From positions 19,059-83,058 of the IMG/VR virus record IMGVR_UViG_3300027759_003961: a stretch of 64,000 nucleotides of DNA; one strand, 5' to 3'. Positions 39,451 through 48,491 of the stretch are shown here, in pieces. The stretch is from a virus (taxonomy: Duplodnaviria > Caudoviricetes). The notes below the pieces were generated by a model. The model had not been told where the DNA came from, did no database searches, and saw nothing but the letters and a program-made list of their open reading frames with translations. How positions within the stretch are numbered: the first letter of the stretch is position 1; each line of letters begins with the position of its first letter. The translations under genes were made by a program, and so were the position numbers.

Positions 39451-40007
39451 ATTTTGTCCGCATAAAAAATGTGTCTCCCAAATTTACCTACTTGTGGTTT
39501 ACCCCATTGTGGTGTTACATAGTCCGCATGGAAATACAATGCATTCTTCATGCTAGGCAATCGGAAACCTTCTAGTAGGACCTTTTTTGCTACTTCTTCT
39601 GATTCTTTCCAGTGTGCTGGATAGATTGGTCGTATCTTGCTAGAACCGTCGCACATCCAACTAAACTGGCAAACGACTTTCTCAGCAACGACATTCTTTT
39701 GATAAACTACACCGCAAATATCAGATGCAAATTTGCCTGAGGCTACACGATTAATAGTAACCTGGGCCACTGCTACTTTGCCTTCAAATGGCTCAGTTGC
39801 ACTTTCCCAATAGATGTTGCGTGTAAGGCACTCTAATTGGCGAGTGCGATCTGCTGCACTAACAAACCCTTGTCGTTGAACTTCATTAGAAGCTCTAAGG
39901 GTGTCTAGCTTGTTTGTGGTTACCGTGGTTACAGCAAATACTACGGCAACAAAACTAAACAATTTAAAAACTTTACTACCTAAATTGGACTTTGAAATTG
40001 ACTTCAA
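39447..40007 (-). CDS. Cell wall hydrolase, SleB/Hydrolase_2 family
   Basis: CLTRNIYWES, AVAQVTINR, CQFSW, ALYFHA, GRHIFY; TTG start with GGAG RBS. Confidence 0.9.
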   Translation of the reverse strand: MKSISKSNLGSKVFKLFSFVAVVFAVTTVTTNKLDTLRASNEVQRQGFVSAADRTRQLECLTRNIYWESATEPFEGKVAVAQVTINRVASGKFASDICGVVYQKNVVAEKVVCQFSWMCDGSSKIRPIYPAHWKESEEVAKKVLLEGFRLPSMKNALYFHADYVTPQWGKPQVGKFGRHIFYADKI

Positions 40008-40020
40008 TGTCTTCTCCTTT

Positions 40021-40255
40021 CAGCTATAGTGAGCTGTTCACCGGAGTTGCCCAGGATGGGCGCATTGACATTGTCGCAGGACAGAATAAGACCTCGGGCC
40101 TCAGTGCCATACTCTCTAAGCGCGGTTTTGTTTCTCACCGGGCTCATACCATTTGTCAATGAAGAGGATTTCCGAAGTCCTCTTTGATACTGGACCAGCT
40201 TTGCGGCACTGGCCATCCGTTTTGGAGTAGATCTAAGATTATAATCCTCCGCTAA
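40021..40255 (-). ncRNA. Candidate structured RNA (5' leader of the SleB gene); family unknown
   Basis: Nested helices GGATGG/CCATCC, CATTGACA/TGTCAATG, AAGAGGA/TCCTCTT; crossing pair CAGTGCC/GGCACTG. Confidence 0.5.
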
Positions 40256-40386
40256 ACATAAGTTAGCCTGGTTTGTTTTTCTACTCTCTAAAATACTTAG
40301 CTCTGGAGTAGGGTCCTGGGCTAATAACTCCAAATTTTGATATGTTTTTACCATAATATACATACATTATAGTATAAATTCTATTA

Positions 40387-40842
40387 TTAGTCAATCACCG
40401 GCGGTGGCATGGCCTTTAAACGGTCCCATGTGGCCTGTTTATCTTTGATCTGTTGCTCAAGTTCTCTATACTTCTTGCCCAATGCATAAAGTTCTTCCCA
40501 TTCTGCTTCCAGGGCGGTGTTTGGTTGCAGTAAGTTAAGTCTGTTTTGTATTTCTTGCATGGTTTTGAGCAGACTAATTCCATTGATCTCAATGTCAGCA
40601 TCCGCACCATCTAGCTTAATTTTAGAACTGGTTGTATTAGCCCACGGACTAGTATTAATTCCTGTGCCGGCGCTGAAGGTATATGGGCTGGTATAAGTTG
40701 CACCTATTCCTGCGGTAAGACTAACATTTGGCACAGCGTATGTTCCGCTAGCACTCATAGTATCTGAGTAATTAAGCACAGACAACGTAATAGTGTCGCC
40801 ACCTAGTATCGTAATACCGGATAAATCTAATTTGGGTTCCAT
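40387..40842 (-). CDS. Hypothetical protein
   Basis: Thr/Gly-rich N-terminus, coiled-coil C-terminus. Confidence 0.65.
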   Translation of the reverse strand: MEPKLDLSGITILGGDTITLSVLNYSDTMSASGTYAVPNVSLTAGIGATYTSPYTFSAGTGINTSPWANTTSSKIKLDGADADIEINGISLLKTMQEIQNRLNLLQPNTALEAEWEELYALGKKYRELEQQIKDKQATWDRLKAMPPPVID

Positions 40843-40856
40843 AGTATTCCTTTGAG

Positions 40857-40882
40857 AAATAGAGTGGGCAAAACCCACTCTC
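40857..40882 (-). terminator. Hairpin terminator after hc1
   Basis: AGAGTGGG-TTTTG-CCCACTCT then ATTTCT. Confidence 0.5.
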
Positions 40883-40886
40883 CTTA

Positions 40887-41078
40887 TTACTTGGCTGTGG
40901 CCAATGCTTCTTTTTCTGCGGTGATTTCTTTGCGGCGCTCTTTGATTGCTTTGCTCATTTCCTGTAGGGCTTTTCTAGCACGGGCGGCACTGGCTTTAAC
41001 GCCTTTGCCTGTGAACTTTTCGTTCTCTGCAATGTATGAGTCAAATGCTGTTTTGATTGCGTCATGATTTACTGACAT
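40887..41078 (-). CDS. Histone H1-like Hc1 family protein
   Basis: EKFTGKGVKASAARARKALQEM...RRKEI. Confidence 0.75.
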   Translation of the reverse strand: MSVNHDAIKTAFDSYIAENEKFTGKGVKASAARARKALQEMSKAIKERRKEITAEKEALATAK

Positions 41079-41140
41079 TTTATTTCCTTTATTGTAAAGT
41101 GCCTGAGCACCAGTTAATTATACACTATAAAGGTGGTTTG

Positions 41141-41383
41141 TCAAATATTCACGTGCCGTTTTGCCCAAGGGTCCCATACAACCACATGGTCCCAACCGTG
41201 TGTCCAGGTCATTAAGAACAAGCTAAAAGTATTGTGATCGTATATGTGCATACGGTTATCTTCTACACGGCACTGAATTGATCGGCTGGTCTTGGACCAT
41301 TTGTTAAGACGGTCGTTGGCCGCAGAGTCACGATGTACGACTGTAAAAATTGGTTCAGAAGAACGGTGGTTTGATAATGACAT
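41141..41383 (-). CDS. Hypothetical protein
   Basis: 80 aa ORF in operon. Confidence 0.55.
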   Translation of the reverse strand: MSLSNHRSSEPIFTVVHRDSAANDRLNKWSKTSRSIQCRVEDNRMHIYDHNTFSLFLMTWTHGWDHVVVWDPWAKRHVNI

Positions 41384-41620
41384 TTAATGTAGAGGTTGAT
41401 CAACAGGACGAGGCGTGTTGATTTGCTCCACATATTTAACAAATTCTTCATCTAATACCAATCGTTCATTGTCGTGCTTTTGAGCCGTACTGTCGGACAC
41501 TCCAAGAATACGCATGACTCCACCTATGTGTACTTCGGTGATGCCACAGTCGTACAGGACCACCATGAGGTTTAGTATGGACAAGCGTATGGATTGGTCT
41601 AATTCAATATCATCAAGCAT
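41384..41620 (-). CDS. Hypothetical protein
   Basis: 78 aa ORF. Confidence 0.6.
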   Translation of the reverse strand: MLDDIELDQSIRLSILNLMVVLYDCGITEVHIGGVMRILGVSDSTAQKHDNERLVLDEEFVKYVEQINTPRPVDQPLH

Positions 41621-41633
41621 GCAAATACTTATA

Positions 41634-41918
41634 TCACTTGTATTTGGATTCGATTTCTTCTACTGTGGATGGCTTGACGCCTGTGGTGGTTACTGTAAGT
41701 TTAAACTCAGTCTGTTTGTCTTGGCAGACAACTTCATCTCGGAGCATTCGCGTCATTCTACAGTCCTGGCTAGTCACTGTACTGAACACATGATCTGTGA
41801 TACTTTTGCCAGTGGTTTCTTGAGTGGCAACACTGCCTACACTGACTCCTGTTAACAATAAAGGAGCGGCACACCCAGATAATAATAATAGAAAAGATAC
41901 CGCAAGTATCTTGTACAT
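41634..41918 (-). CDS. Lipoprotein
   Basis: Lipobox LSGC. Confidence 0.65.
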   Translation of the reverse strand: MYKILAVSFLLLLSGCAAPLLLTGVSVGSVATQETTGKSITDHVFSTVTSQDCRMTRMLRDEVVCQDKQTEFKLTVTTTGVKPSTVEEIESKYK

Positions 41919-41960
41919 AATAAATTTGGAGGACTTACGGATTGCTCCGGCCTCCATTTA

Positions 41961-42284
41961 TTAAACTGCTACTTTTTCTGCAGATTTAGCAGAAGTCTTA
42001 ACAGCCTTGACCTTTACTTCACCGCGTTTAGCAATCTTGGACTTTTCGGCCAATTTGTTTGCTACAGCATACCCAGCATCACCTGCGACACCTTGCTCGG
42101 TCAAATACTGAAGAGCTTGGAGTTTGGTCATTGGGGTTGGCAATTCTACCAAGTTGATTGCTGTACAACCAGCCTTGTTCAAAATCTTAATACGAGCCAC
42201 CAAGTCGTTTGCAAAACGAGCTTTAGTAGTACCATTAGGATTTGTTGCTGTACCTGCTACTGTAAATAATTTATCTTGTGACAT
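41961..42284 (-). CDS. Hypothetical basic protein
   Basis: KARFANDL; early promoter at 42345-42373. Confidence 0.7.
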   Translation of the reverse strand: MSQDKLFTVAGTATNPNGTTKARFANDLVARIKILNKAGCTAINLVELPTPMTKLQALQYLTEQGVAGDAGYAVANKLAEKSKIAKRGEVKVKAVKTSAKSAEKVAV

Positions 42285-42407
42285 GATGTTGCCTTTCTAA
42301 GTTGCCTATTAAGTTGATTTAAACTACTACTCACTACAATAACAATTATACTTGAATTCGGTATTAAAGTCAACCATAATTGCTATATTTGGTTATCCAA
42401 AACTGCC

Positions 42408-42536
42408 TTATTTGGCAGCCTCTTTGGATACTTCTTGGACTTTGGCTACCCCGTTGTCTAGGATCTTGGCGATTCCGGATAGACCAACAGTGCAGATCAA
42501 AATACCAAAAACGGTTCCTAGCACGAATGCTTTCAT
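42408..42536 (-). CDS. Small membrane protein (42 aa, not in ORF track)
   Basis: MKAFVLGTVFGILICTVGLSG..., AGGAGG RBS, ATGA overlap. Confidence 0.65.
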   Translation of the reverse strand: MKAFVLGTVFGILICTVGLSGIAKILDNGVAKVQEVSKEAAK

Positions 42537-43186
42537 ACTGCCTCCTGTACGAGTTTGACACGGTTGAGTTGAGTGCTACGGTCGTTGTGTCGTTTGACCG
42601 TACCACGAATAGTTGCATGAGTTTCTGACTTGATTTCCTCACGGTATGCAAAGTAAACCGAATAGTTATCTTTGGTGATAGCACTTACAAACCAAGTATT
42701 GTACTTGGCACTGTAGTTGCTACGCAAGATCTCCACAGCTAGTTCAACCTTGTCGCCAAGTTTACCAATGGTTCCTTGGCAACGGGCTAATCTAGCATCC
42801 ACAGATTCTTTACGTAGTTGCTTGACATAGCTCTGTGGCATGGCTGTGATTACAGAAAGGTCATAGTTGCTGGCAATTGTATCCAGCTCGCATACTCGAG
42901 CAGTAATCTTTGACCATTCACCTAATTCGGTTTTAAGAGCTTGCATGGTTACGGCACTGGCCATATACCTACGACAATCACGAGCCTGCTCACGGTCAAC
43001 ATCAGTAATCAGCGAAAGATTTTCCAAACATCTGCGAACAAGCTCACGGTTAGTTGGGCGAATTACTTGATCACCAATGACCTCTGGTTCTTTAAGATAA
43101 CCCGAGTTCAAGCGATACGCTGTGCAAGCCGCGGACCATACTAGGTCGGCATCTACAGCATCGATTGTATCGTATTTCTTTTTCAT
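42533..43186 (-). CDS. Hypothetical early protein, possible C-terminal OB fold
   Basis: IRGTVKRH...TQLNRVK. Confidence 0.65.
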   Translation of the reverse strand: MKKKYDTIDAVDADLVWSAACTAYRLNSGYLKEPEVIGDQVIRPTNRELVRRCLENLSLITDVDREQARDCRRYMASAVTMQALKTELGEWSKITARVCELDTIASNYDLSVITAMPQSYVKQLRKESVDARLARCQGTIGKLGDKVELAVEILRSNYSAKYNTWFVSAITKDNYSVYFAYREEIKSETHATIRGTVKRHNDRSTQLNRVKLVQEAV

Positions 43187-43221
43187 AAATGTATAATGTT
43201 CTTTTTATTAACTATACAACT

Positions 43222-43262
43222 ATTATAACAAATTGGTAATTTTTGGTCAACCTTTTGGTAAA
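43222..43262 (-). promoter_or_regulatory. Early promoter within a 24 bp repeat
   Basis: GGTTGACC-N17-TATAAT; 43239-43262 is identical to 46473-46496. Confidence 0.75.
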
Positions 43263-43291
43263 CTATTAATCTGTTGTTTTTAGGCAACAGA

Positions 43292-45235
43292 TTATCCTAT
43301 CCACTCTTGATAAACAATTCCGCCGCCAATTAATCCGATAGTGTTAGCATTATTTTCAAGTGATTCTGAGAATCCTACTAGTACTGCCTCGCGACTGGTA
43401 CCGTTTGACAAGGCTTGGTTCCAAAATTCATATCCAACTGCATCAGGATTACGGTCTAATACATTGTGGTACAATGCCGTGACAAATGTGGCATTAGAAC
43501 CATCGCCATAAAAATTGTTGCGAAATTCTGTGCTGTTTACAAACCCACCGGCAACATCCTGTAAGGATACGCCGCGGTCTAGTGCGTTGATCCAATGACC
43601 CAATCCTTCTGCGTCAGGTACTCGATCCAAGGCTGCTTTATACAAGCGATAGGCCTGACCAGCATTGCCGTTGATGTCAATGGCAATTACACCATCATCA
43701 AATTTGAACCTTTCTACATTGACAAAACTATCTTGGCCATCACGTCCGATCACCTTGTCAGTGGTGGTTATTTGTCCAAGGCTATTGGTTGTAATTTTGT
43801 AGTCGCTAAACTTGCCTGAAAAAATAGCAGTATCCACGCCTGCTCCGCCATCCCAAGTCTTGTCTGCTAACGCAGTAACAAATTTATTATTGTCATTGAT
43901 ATTGAAAGCTGGACTGTCAGATAAAAAAGTTCGTACTTCTTCACCTATTGTACGAGTAGGAGGATTTGGATATACACCTCGTGTAGCTACAACATCAACG
44001 GCTCCATCATTATTGGCATCAAAAAAGAAAGGACTTAGTGTGTACCAGTCTGGAAAAGATTCTTTAGTGTTAAACATAGGCGTTTTAGGATGCGTAAAAT
44101 GCCCAGTTCCGTCATTGATAAAAACATACTGATCAAAATTAGTAGGGCGAGCAAACATACTAGAGATCCAAAAATCTACATAGCCGTCCAAATTGAAATC
44201 TTCAAAAAATAAAGGAGCTCCGGCTGTGTTGTCTCCGTTGTAAAAAGTATTATCTGCAACTAGCTTTCCCGAAGCATCTTGAAAGTACACGGAAAAAACA
44301 CTATTACCTAAATCGCCATATCTAGCTGTTTGTGGGGTACCCGACATATTGGACATGCCATCATCGATTCCACCACTTTGTTCGGTTTCCCAAACTACTA
44401 ATAGATCTTCACGACCATCGCCATTGAGATCCATATTAAACATGTCACTTGCGCCATAATTGCGCTCACGAGCAGATCCTAAGTTTGGTCGCGCTAGGGT
44501 ATAGGACTCTACAAATTGACCGTTTTGTTGGGTTAGGACTGACAATGGGAGCGTTTTCATATCGCCCGGCCATGTCCTATATGCACCAGCCACAATGGCG
44601 TATTGCCCGTTTAGCTCTATAAAAGTAGTACCAGAAACACTGTATTCATAATTATTAAATTTTGCTGGCAACGTATCTTCACGCCAAGTGAATTTAGCTG
44701 AGCCAGAATTTTGATAAATTCTAAAATCAAAAAAACAAGCGACCACAATATCAAGATCACCATCACGATCATAGTCGGCAGCATCAGCAATATGATTAAA
44801 TGTCCTTACACCATTTGTATTGGTGAGCCAGCTGTCTAAATTCTGCCATGTGAGACCATTTTTACCACCCAATAACAATGCAGGATCACCTTTGTTGGGT
44901 GTGGTTCTGTTGTTCAGCTCCCATCCTTGATCAACTTGAAAGTAATCTGTGTAACCGTCATTGTTAAAGTCTCCAGCAACACTGTCACGAAAATACTGAT
45001 ACGGGCTGGTATTTTTTATAACACTCGGATTGGCTGTAAAAACGCCACCTTGGTTAGTCCATGGAACGGGAGCCATGGAAGTGTTCAATACAAAATTAGA
45101 AGGGAATGTGACCAGATCCAAATATCCATTGTGATCAATATCACTAATAATGACTGCATTAGTCTTTCCAAAAGAGTAGGACAATGATGGCTTTGGATCT
45201 AGGTACTGCGCTGAAAGATAGGATGTTTTAAGCAT
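43292..45235 (-). CDS. FG-GAP/VCBS repeat protein with RTX-like segment and C-terminal DUF4214-like domain
   Basis: Six DxxxDGxxD-type repeats; DGGAGVDTA; GQAYRLYKAALDRVPDAEGLGHW; FVTALYHNVLDRNPD. Confidence 0.8.
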   Translation of the reverse strand: MLKTSYLSAQYLDPKPSLSYSFGKTNAVIISDIDHNGYLDLVTFPSNFVLNTSMAPVPWTNQGGVFTANPSVIKNTSPYQYFRDSVAGDFNNDGYTDYFQVDQGWELNNRTTPNKGDPALLLGGKNGLTWQNLDSWLTNTNGVRTFNHIADAADYDRDGDLDIVVACFFDFRIYQNSGSAKFTWREDTLPAKFNNYEYSVSGTTFIELNGQYAIVAGAYRTWPGDMKTLPLSVLTQQNGQFVESYTLARPNLGSARERNYGASDMFNMDLNGDGREDLLVVWETEQSGGIDDGMSNMSGTPQTARYGDLGNSVFSVYFQDASGKLVADNTFYNGDNTAGAPLFFEDFNLDGYVDFWISSMFARPTNFDQYVFINDGTGHFTHPKTPMFNTKESFPDWYTLSPFFFDANNDGAVDVVATRGVYPNPPTRTIGEEVRTFLSDSPAFNINDNNKFVTALADKTWDGGAGVDTAIFSGKFSDYKITTNSLGQITTTDKVIGRDGQDSFVNVERFKFDDGVIAIDINGNAGQAYRLYKAALDRVPDAEGLGHWINALDRGVSLQDVAGGFVNSTEFRNNFYGDGSNATFVTALYHNVLDRNPDAVGYEFWNQALSNGTSREAVLVGFSESLENNANTIGLIGGGIVYQEWIG

Positions 45236-45399
45236 TATGCTGTTTCCTTTGTGGCCGCCATAAACACGTTTACTGCCGATCGTTGTTCAACTGGCAAGGT
45301 TTTATAGTTCTTGACCATCAGCTCGATACCACCCAAGCTGTCTGTGTCATGAGCCACACTGTAGGCAATAATTTCCGCTAGGGCTTGATCTATGTTCAT
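45235..45399 (-). CDS. Small hypothetical protein (54 aa, not in ORF track)
   Basis: MNIDQALAEII..., AGGAG RBS, coupled on both sides. Confidence 0.55.
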   Translation of the reverse strand: MNIDQALAEIIAYSVAHDTDSLGGIELMVKNYKTLPVEQRSAVNVFMAATKETA

Positions 45400-45587
45400 G
45401 CTTGACTCCTTGCTAGTGCGTCACGGGCTTCACGGCTAATGTGTACTATCACAGCTGGTCCTGCCACTGGATGTACACGGGCCATATGGGTAGTGTGACT
45501 TATGGTGTTTTTGGTTGCTTGCTCCACAGGTGCAATTAAATGCAATCCCGGAGTGCTGTACCAAAGGCTTATTGGATTCACTTTCAC
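45396..45587 (-). CDS. Small hypothetical protein
   Basis: 63 aa ORF in operon. Confidence 0.5.
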   Translation of the reverse strand: MKVNPISLWYSTPGLHLIAPVEQATKNTISHTTHMARVHPVAGPAVIVHISREARDALARSQA

Positions 45588-45588
45588 A

Positions 45589-45930
45589 TTAGTCTAACCT
45601 TGATCCAGCATAGGCCTTAAATCCATATCGTTCAAAAACTTTGGCAGCCGCTTCGGCACCAGCTTCCAGTGTGTCAATATTTTGCACACCAATATCTGCA
45701 GGATTCCAAATTTGATAGCTACCGGTGTAGCTCTTACGAATGCCTGCGGCCTTAAGGGCTTTACCAAGACGAGTGTTGCCTTTGATGCCGTAGATGTCAC
45801 ACCAGGCAAAACCACACGAGTATTGATCTACACCGCCTAGCTTCTCTTGGAAAAACTTTTCAGCGGCTTGGCGAGCTTCTGCTTTGGCTTCGGCCAGGAT
45901 GTTTTCAACTTCGATTTGAGTATAGTTCAT
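45589..45930 (-). CDS. Hypothetical early protein
   Basis: SCGFAW...AGSRLD. Confidence 0.7.
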   Translation of the reverse strand: MNYTQIEVENILAEAKAEARQAAEKFFQEKLGGVDQYSCGFAWCDIYGIKGNTRLGKALKAAGIRKSYTGSYQIWNPADIGVQNIDTLEAGAEAAAKVFERYGFKAYAGSRLD

Positions 45931-45931
45931 A

Positions 45932-46087
45932 TTAAACTCCACAGGCTGTAAAGAAACGATCAAAGTCAAATCTTGGATTGACTGAGCGAGCTACTTGGGC
46001 AAATGCCTCGGCTGCAATCTTAGCTGACTTACGATCTGGCATTTGGCTAATCTCTTTTGCCATTGCGATAAAGTGTTTTTTTGTCAT
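45932..46087 (-). CDS. Small hypothetical protein (51 aa, not in ORF track)
   Basis: MTKKHFIAMA...NPRFDFDRFFTACGV, GGAG RBS. Confidence 0.65.
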   Translation of the reverse strand: MTKKHFIAMAKEISQMPDRKSAKIAAEAFAQVARSVNPRFDFDRFFTACGV

Positions 46088-46118
46088 TTTCTGCTCCGTT
46101 TTTTAACTGTATGTAACT

Positions 46119-46149
46119 ATTATACCCTAAATGCCTTTTTTGGTCAACC
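46119..46149 (-). promoter_or_regulatory. Early promoter
   Basis: GGTTGACC-N17-TATAAT. Confidence 0.75.
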
Positions 46150-46152
46150 GAA

Positions 46153-46425
46153 TTACATGCTCCAATAAGATTCGCTAGCAGGCGAGCAAAAATGTGGAGT
46201 ATCGTAACGCTCGGTGAACTCCTTGCCACCCATTAGATTTGTTTTGGTTACAAAGGTTTCGTGTAGTTCAACAATAAAACCTTGTGCAATCTTGTCCGAT
46301 ACCACTGTTTGGATGTAATCACGGGTAACTGGGCAGAAGTCCTTCTTTTCAATCAATCGCTGACCCGCTTTAATACGACGATCGGCTTTGTAAATTTCTA
46401 CTGTGTATGCTGTAAGTTTTGACAT
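46153..46425 (-). CDS. Hypothetical early protein
   Basis: Ends TPHFCSPASESYWSM; AGGAG RBS. Confidence 0.7.
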   Translation of the reverse strand: MSKLTAYTVEIYKADRRIKAGQRLIEKKDFCPVTRDYIQTVVSDKIAQGFIVELHETFVTKTNLMGGKEFTERYDTPHFCSPASESYWSM

Positions 46426-46455
46426 GTTCTGCTCCTTTATGTTCACTATAATAAT

Positions 46456-46496
46456 AGTATAACAAATCGGGCATTTTTGGTCAACCTTTTGGTAAA
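46456..46496 (-). promoter_or_regulatory. Early promoter within a 24 bp repeat
   Basis: GGTTGACC-N17-TATACT. Confidence 0.75.
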
Positions 46497-46500
46497 GCCA

Positions 46501-46528
46501 GAAAAAAGCCCGTTTTACCGGGCTAAAA
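46501..46528 (-). terminator. Rho-independent terminator
   Basis: AGCCCG-GTAAAA-CGGGCT-TTTTT. Confidence 0.8.
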
Positions 46529-46538
46529 GGTGTTGTTT

Positions 46539-47549
46539 TTAGACTACAGAACAGTCTATTAAATTTTCTTCAAATATACGCCAACATTCGGCCCAAGTCC
46601 ACTGCAAACTGGCATCTTCTACATCCGCGCGGTCTAGGGTCAAGCATTGTTGCACTGCCAATCGTAAATTGTCGTTAAGGAATCCGGTTAAGCCAGGCTC
46701 AATAATATCCTTGGGGCCAGGTACTGGATATGCCGCCACAGGAGTTCCACAGGCCAGTGCTTCGATGTTGACCACTCCAAAGGTATCGGCACGGCTAGAG
46801 AATACAAACACATCGGCCTGAGCATAGTAACGGGCCAACTCGGTTCCTGTCTTGGCACCCGCAAATTCGATGTCAGGATATCTGCGTTCGAGTTCTCTGC
46901 GATACGGACCATCACCTACTACAATTTTAGTAGCACCCGGCATGTCCAGCTGACAAAAATCATCAAGTCCTTTTTCAACACTGACTCGGCCTACTGAAAG
47001 TAGCACAGGATAGCCTGCTACAGTTTCTACTCGATGACTGCTGTTGAAGATGGTTCGGTCTACACCGCGAGTCCATACACGCAGATTAGCGAACCCACGT
47101 GACACTAAGTCTTGCCTGATACTTTCTGTAGTGACCAACACCCGATGACTGTGCTTATGGAACCAACGCAGATACCACCAGGTCCATGACTCAGGAACGC
47201 CATACATCCGTTTCAAGAACTTGGCAAAATCAGTATGATAGCTAGTATTATAAGGAATATGATTCCGCTCACACCACCACCGGGCAAATAATCCTACTGG
47301 CCCTTCGGTCGCAATGTGAATATACGACGGCTGTATCGCCTTAATCTTTTTACTAATCCCGTGTGGCCAGCAGAGTTTAACTTCAGGATAACCAGGGCAA
47401 GCAAAATGAGGGAACTGCCTGGGATTAATATATACAATATGATGCCCGTTACTACTAGCGTGATCTTCCAGGGCTTTGAAAGTTGTGACCACTCCATTGA
47501 TTTGATCTGGAACATTGTCAGTGACTACTAGGATTATTTTTGTTGACAT
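46539..47549 (-). CDS. GT4 glycosyltransferase (Agt-like candidate glycolipid synthase)
   Basis: VTD..PDQINGVV, IHIATEGPVG, TSYHTDF, VGRVSVEKG, DTFGVVNIEALACGTPVAAYPVPGP. Confidence 0.85.
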   Translation of the reverse strand: MSTKIILVVTDNVPDQINGVVTTFKALEDHASSNGHHIVYINPRQFPHFACPGYPEVKLCWPHGISKKIKAIQPSYIHIATEGPVGLFARWWCERNHIPYNTSYHTDFAKFLKRMYGVPESWTWWYLRWFHKHSHRVLVTTESIRQDLVSRGFANLRVWTRGVDRTIFNSSHRVETVAGYPVLLSVGRVSVEKGLDDFCQLDMPGATKIVVGDGPYRRELERRYPDIEFAGAKTGTELARYYAQADVFVFSSRADTFGVVNIEALACGTPVAAYPVPGPKDIIEPGLTGFLNDNLRLAVQQCLTLDRADVEDASLQWTWAECWRIFEENLIDCSVV

Positions 47550-47704
47550 TGTGCGTGTACCTTAAATCCTTCAAACTTGAGCCAGTATTTAACTGACTCA
47601 CGAGCTGACTCGCATGCTCGTTCCGTAGCAAACTCAAGGCTTACTCTTCCTGGTACGTCGTTTGGATTGTTTATGTTCACTGCCAACAGTATCAGTATCC
47701 ACAT
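47534..47704 (-). CDS. Small exported protein with two Cys (56 aa, not in ORF track)
   Basis: MWILILLAVNINNPNDVPGR...C...C; AGGAG RBS; bridges the two enzyme genes. Confidence 0.5.
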   Translation of the reverse strand: MWILILLAVNINNPNDVPGRVSLEFATERACESARESVKYWLKFEGFKVHAQCQQK

Positions 47705-48458
47705 CGTCGTGCTCCTTGGTCCAGGTTATTATTTCCCATGCTCCTGAATGATGTTCGACCAAGGCAGTCATGCTTTCAACCCAGTCACCATCATTCATGT
47801 ACATTATACCATCTATCTCTTTAATTTCTGCATGGTGTATGTGTCCGCATATTACACCATCATAGCCACGCTTGCGGCAATAACGAACAAGATTAAGCTC
47901 AAACTGAAACATAAAATCAGCGGCTTTTTTGACCTTATGCTTGAGATACCTAGACAAACTCCAATAACCAAAGCCCATCCTGTGACGTATCCAATTAAAC
48001 CTGCTGTTAAGGCTGAGAACGAAGTCATACAATTTGTCTCCCAAAAAACTCAGCCAAGGGGCCAAGCGTGTAATGCCATCAAACAGGTCACCATGTGTGA
48101 CCAAGTAATGTTTGCCATCTAGACCAATGTGTTCTGTTTGATTTACTATTTCTACTGCGCCAAATCCCATGCCATAAGGAATAAGTGGGCGCAGGAATTC
48201 ATCATGATTACCTGCCACATAGATTACTCTAGTGCCACGTTTGGCATGCCCCAGTATACGACGCACAACATTGGTATGGCTTTGTTGCCAACGCCATCGG
48301 TTCTGTTGAATTTTCCAGGCATCGATTATGTCGCCTACTAGATATAATGTTTCGCAGGTGTTGTGTTTGAGAAAGTTGTTGAGTGCTTCGGCCTTGCAGT
48401 CGCGAGTGCCTAAGTGAACATCCGAGATAAAGATTGAACGGTAGGTTTTCTCTGGCAT
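47634..48458 (-). CDS. Metallophosphoesterase of the PlcP / LpxH-like family (candidate phospholipase C)
   Basis: YRSIFISDVHLG, LVGDIID, GNHDE, HGDLFD, ICGHIH, YMNDGDWVES. Confidence 0.85.
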   Translation of the reverse strand: MPEKTYRSIFISDVHLGTRDCKAEALNNFLKHNTCETLYLVGDIIDAWKIQQNRWRWQQSHTNVVRRILGHAKRGTRVIYVAGNHDEFLRPLIPYGMGFGAVEIVNQTEHIGLDGKHYLVTHGDLFDGITRLAPWLSFLGDKLYDFVLSLNSRFNWIRHRMGFGYWSLSRYLKHKVKKAADFMFQFELNLVRYCRKRGYDGVICGHIHHAEIKEIDGIMYMNDGDWVESMTALVEHHSGAWEIITWTKEHDDVDTDTVGSEHKQSKRRTRKSKP

Positions 48459-48491
48459 ACGCTTATTTACTGCAATGCCAGAGAAAAAGAT

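Noticed and set aside
40004-40363. 119 aa ORF upstream of SleB
   Set aside because: No recognisable motif or RBS; the region is better explained by RNA structure. Not fully excluded.
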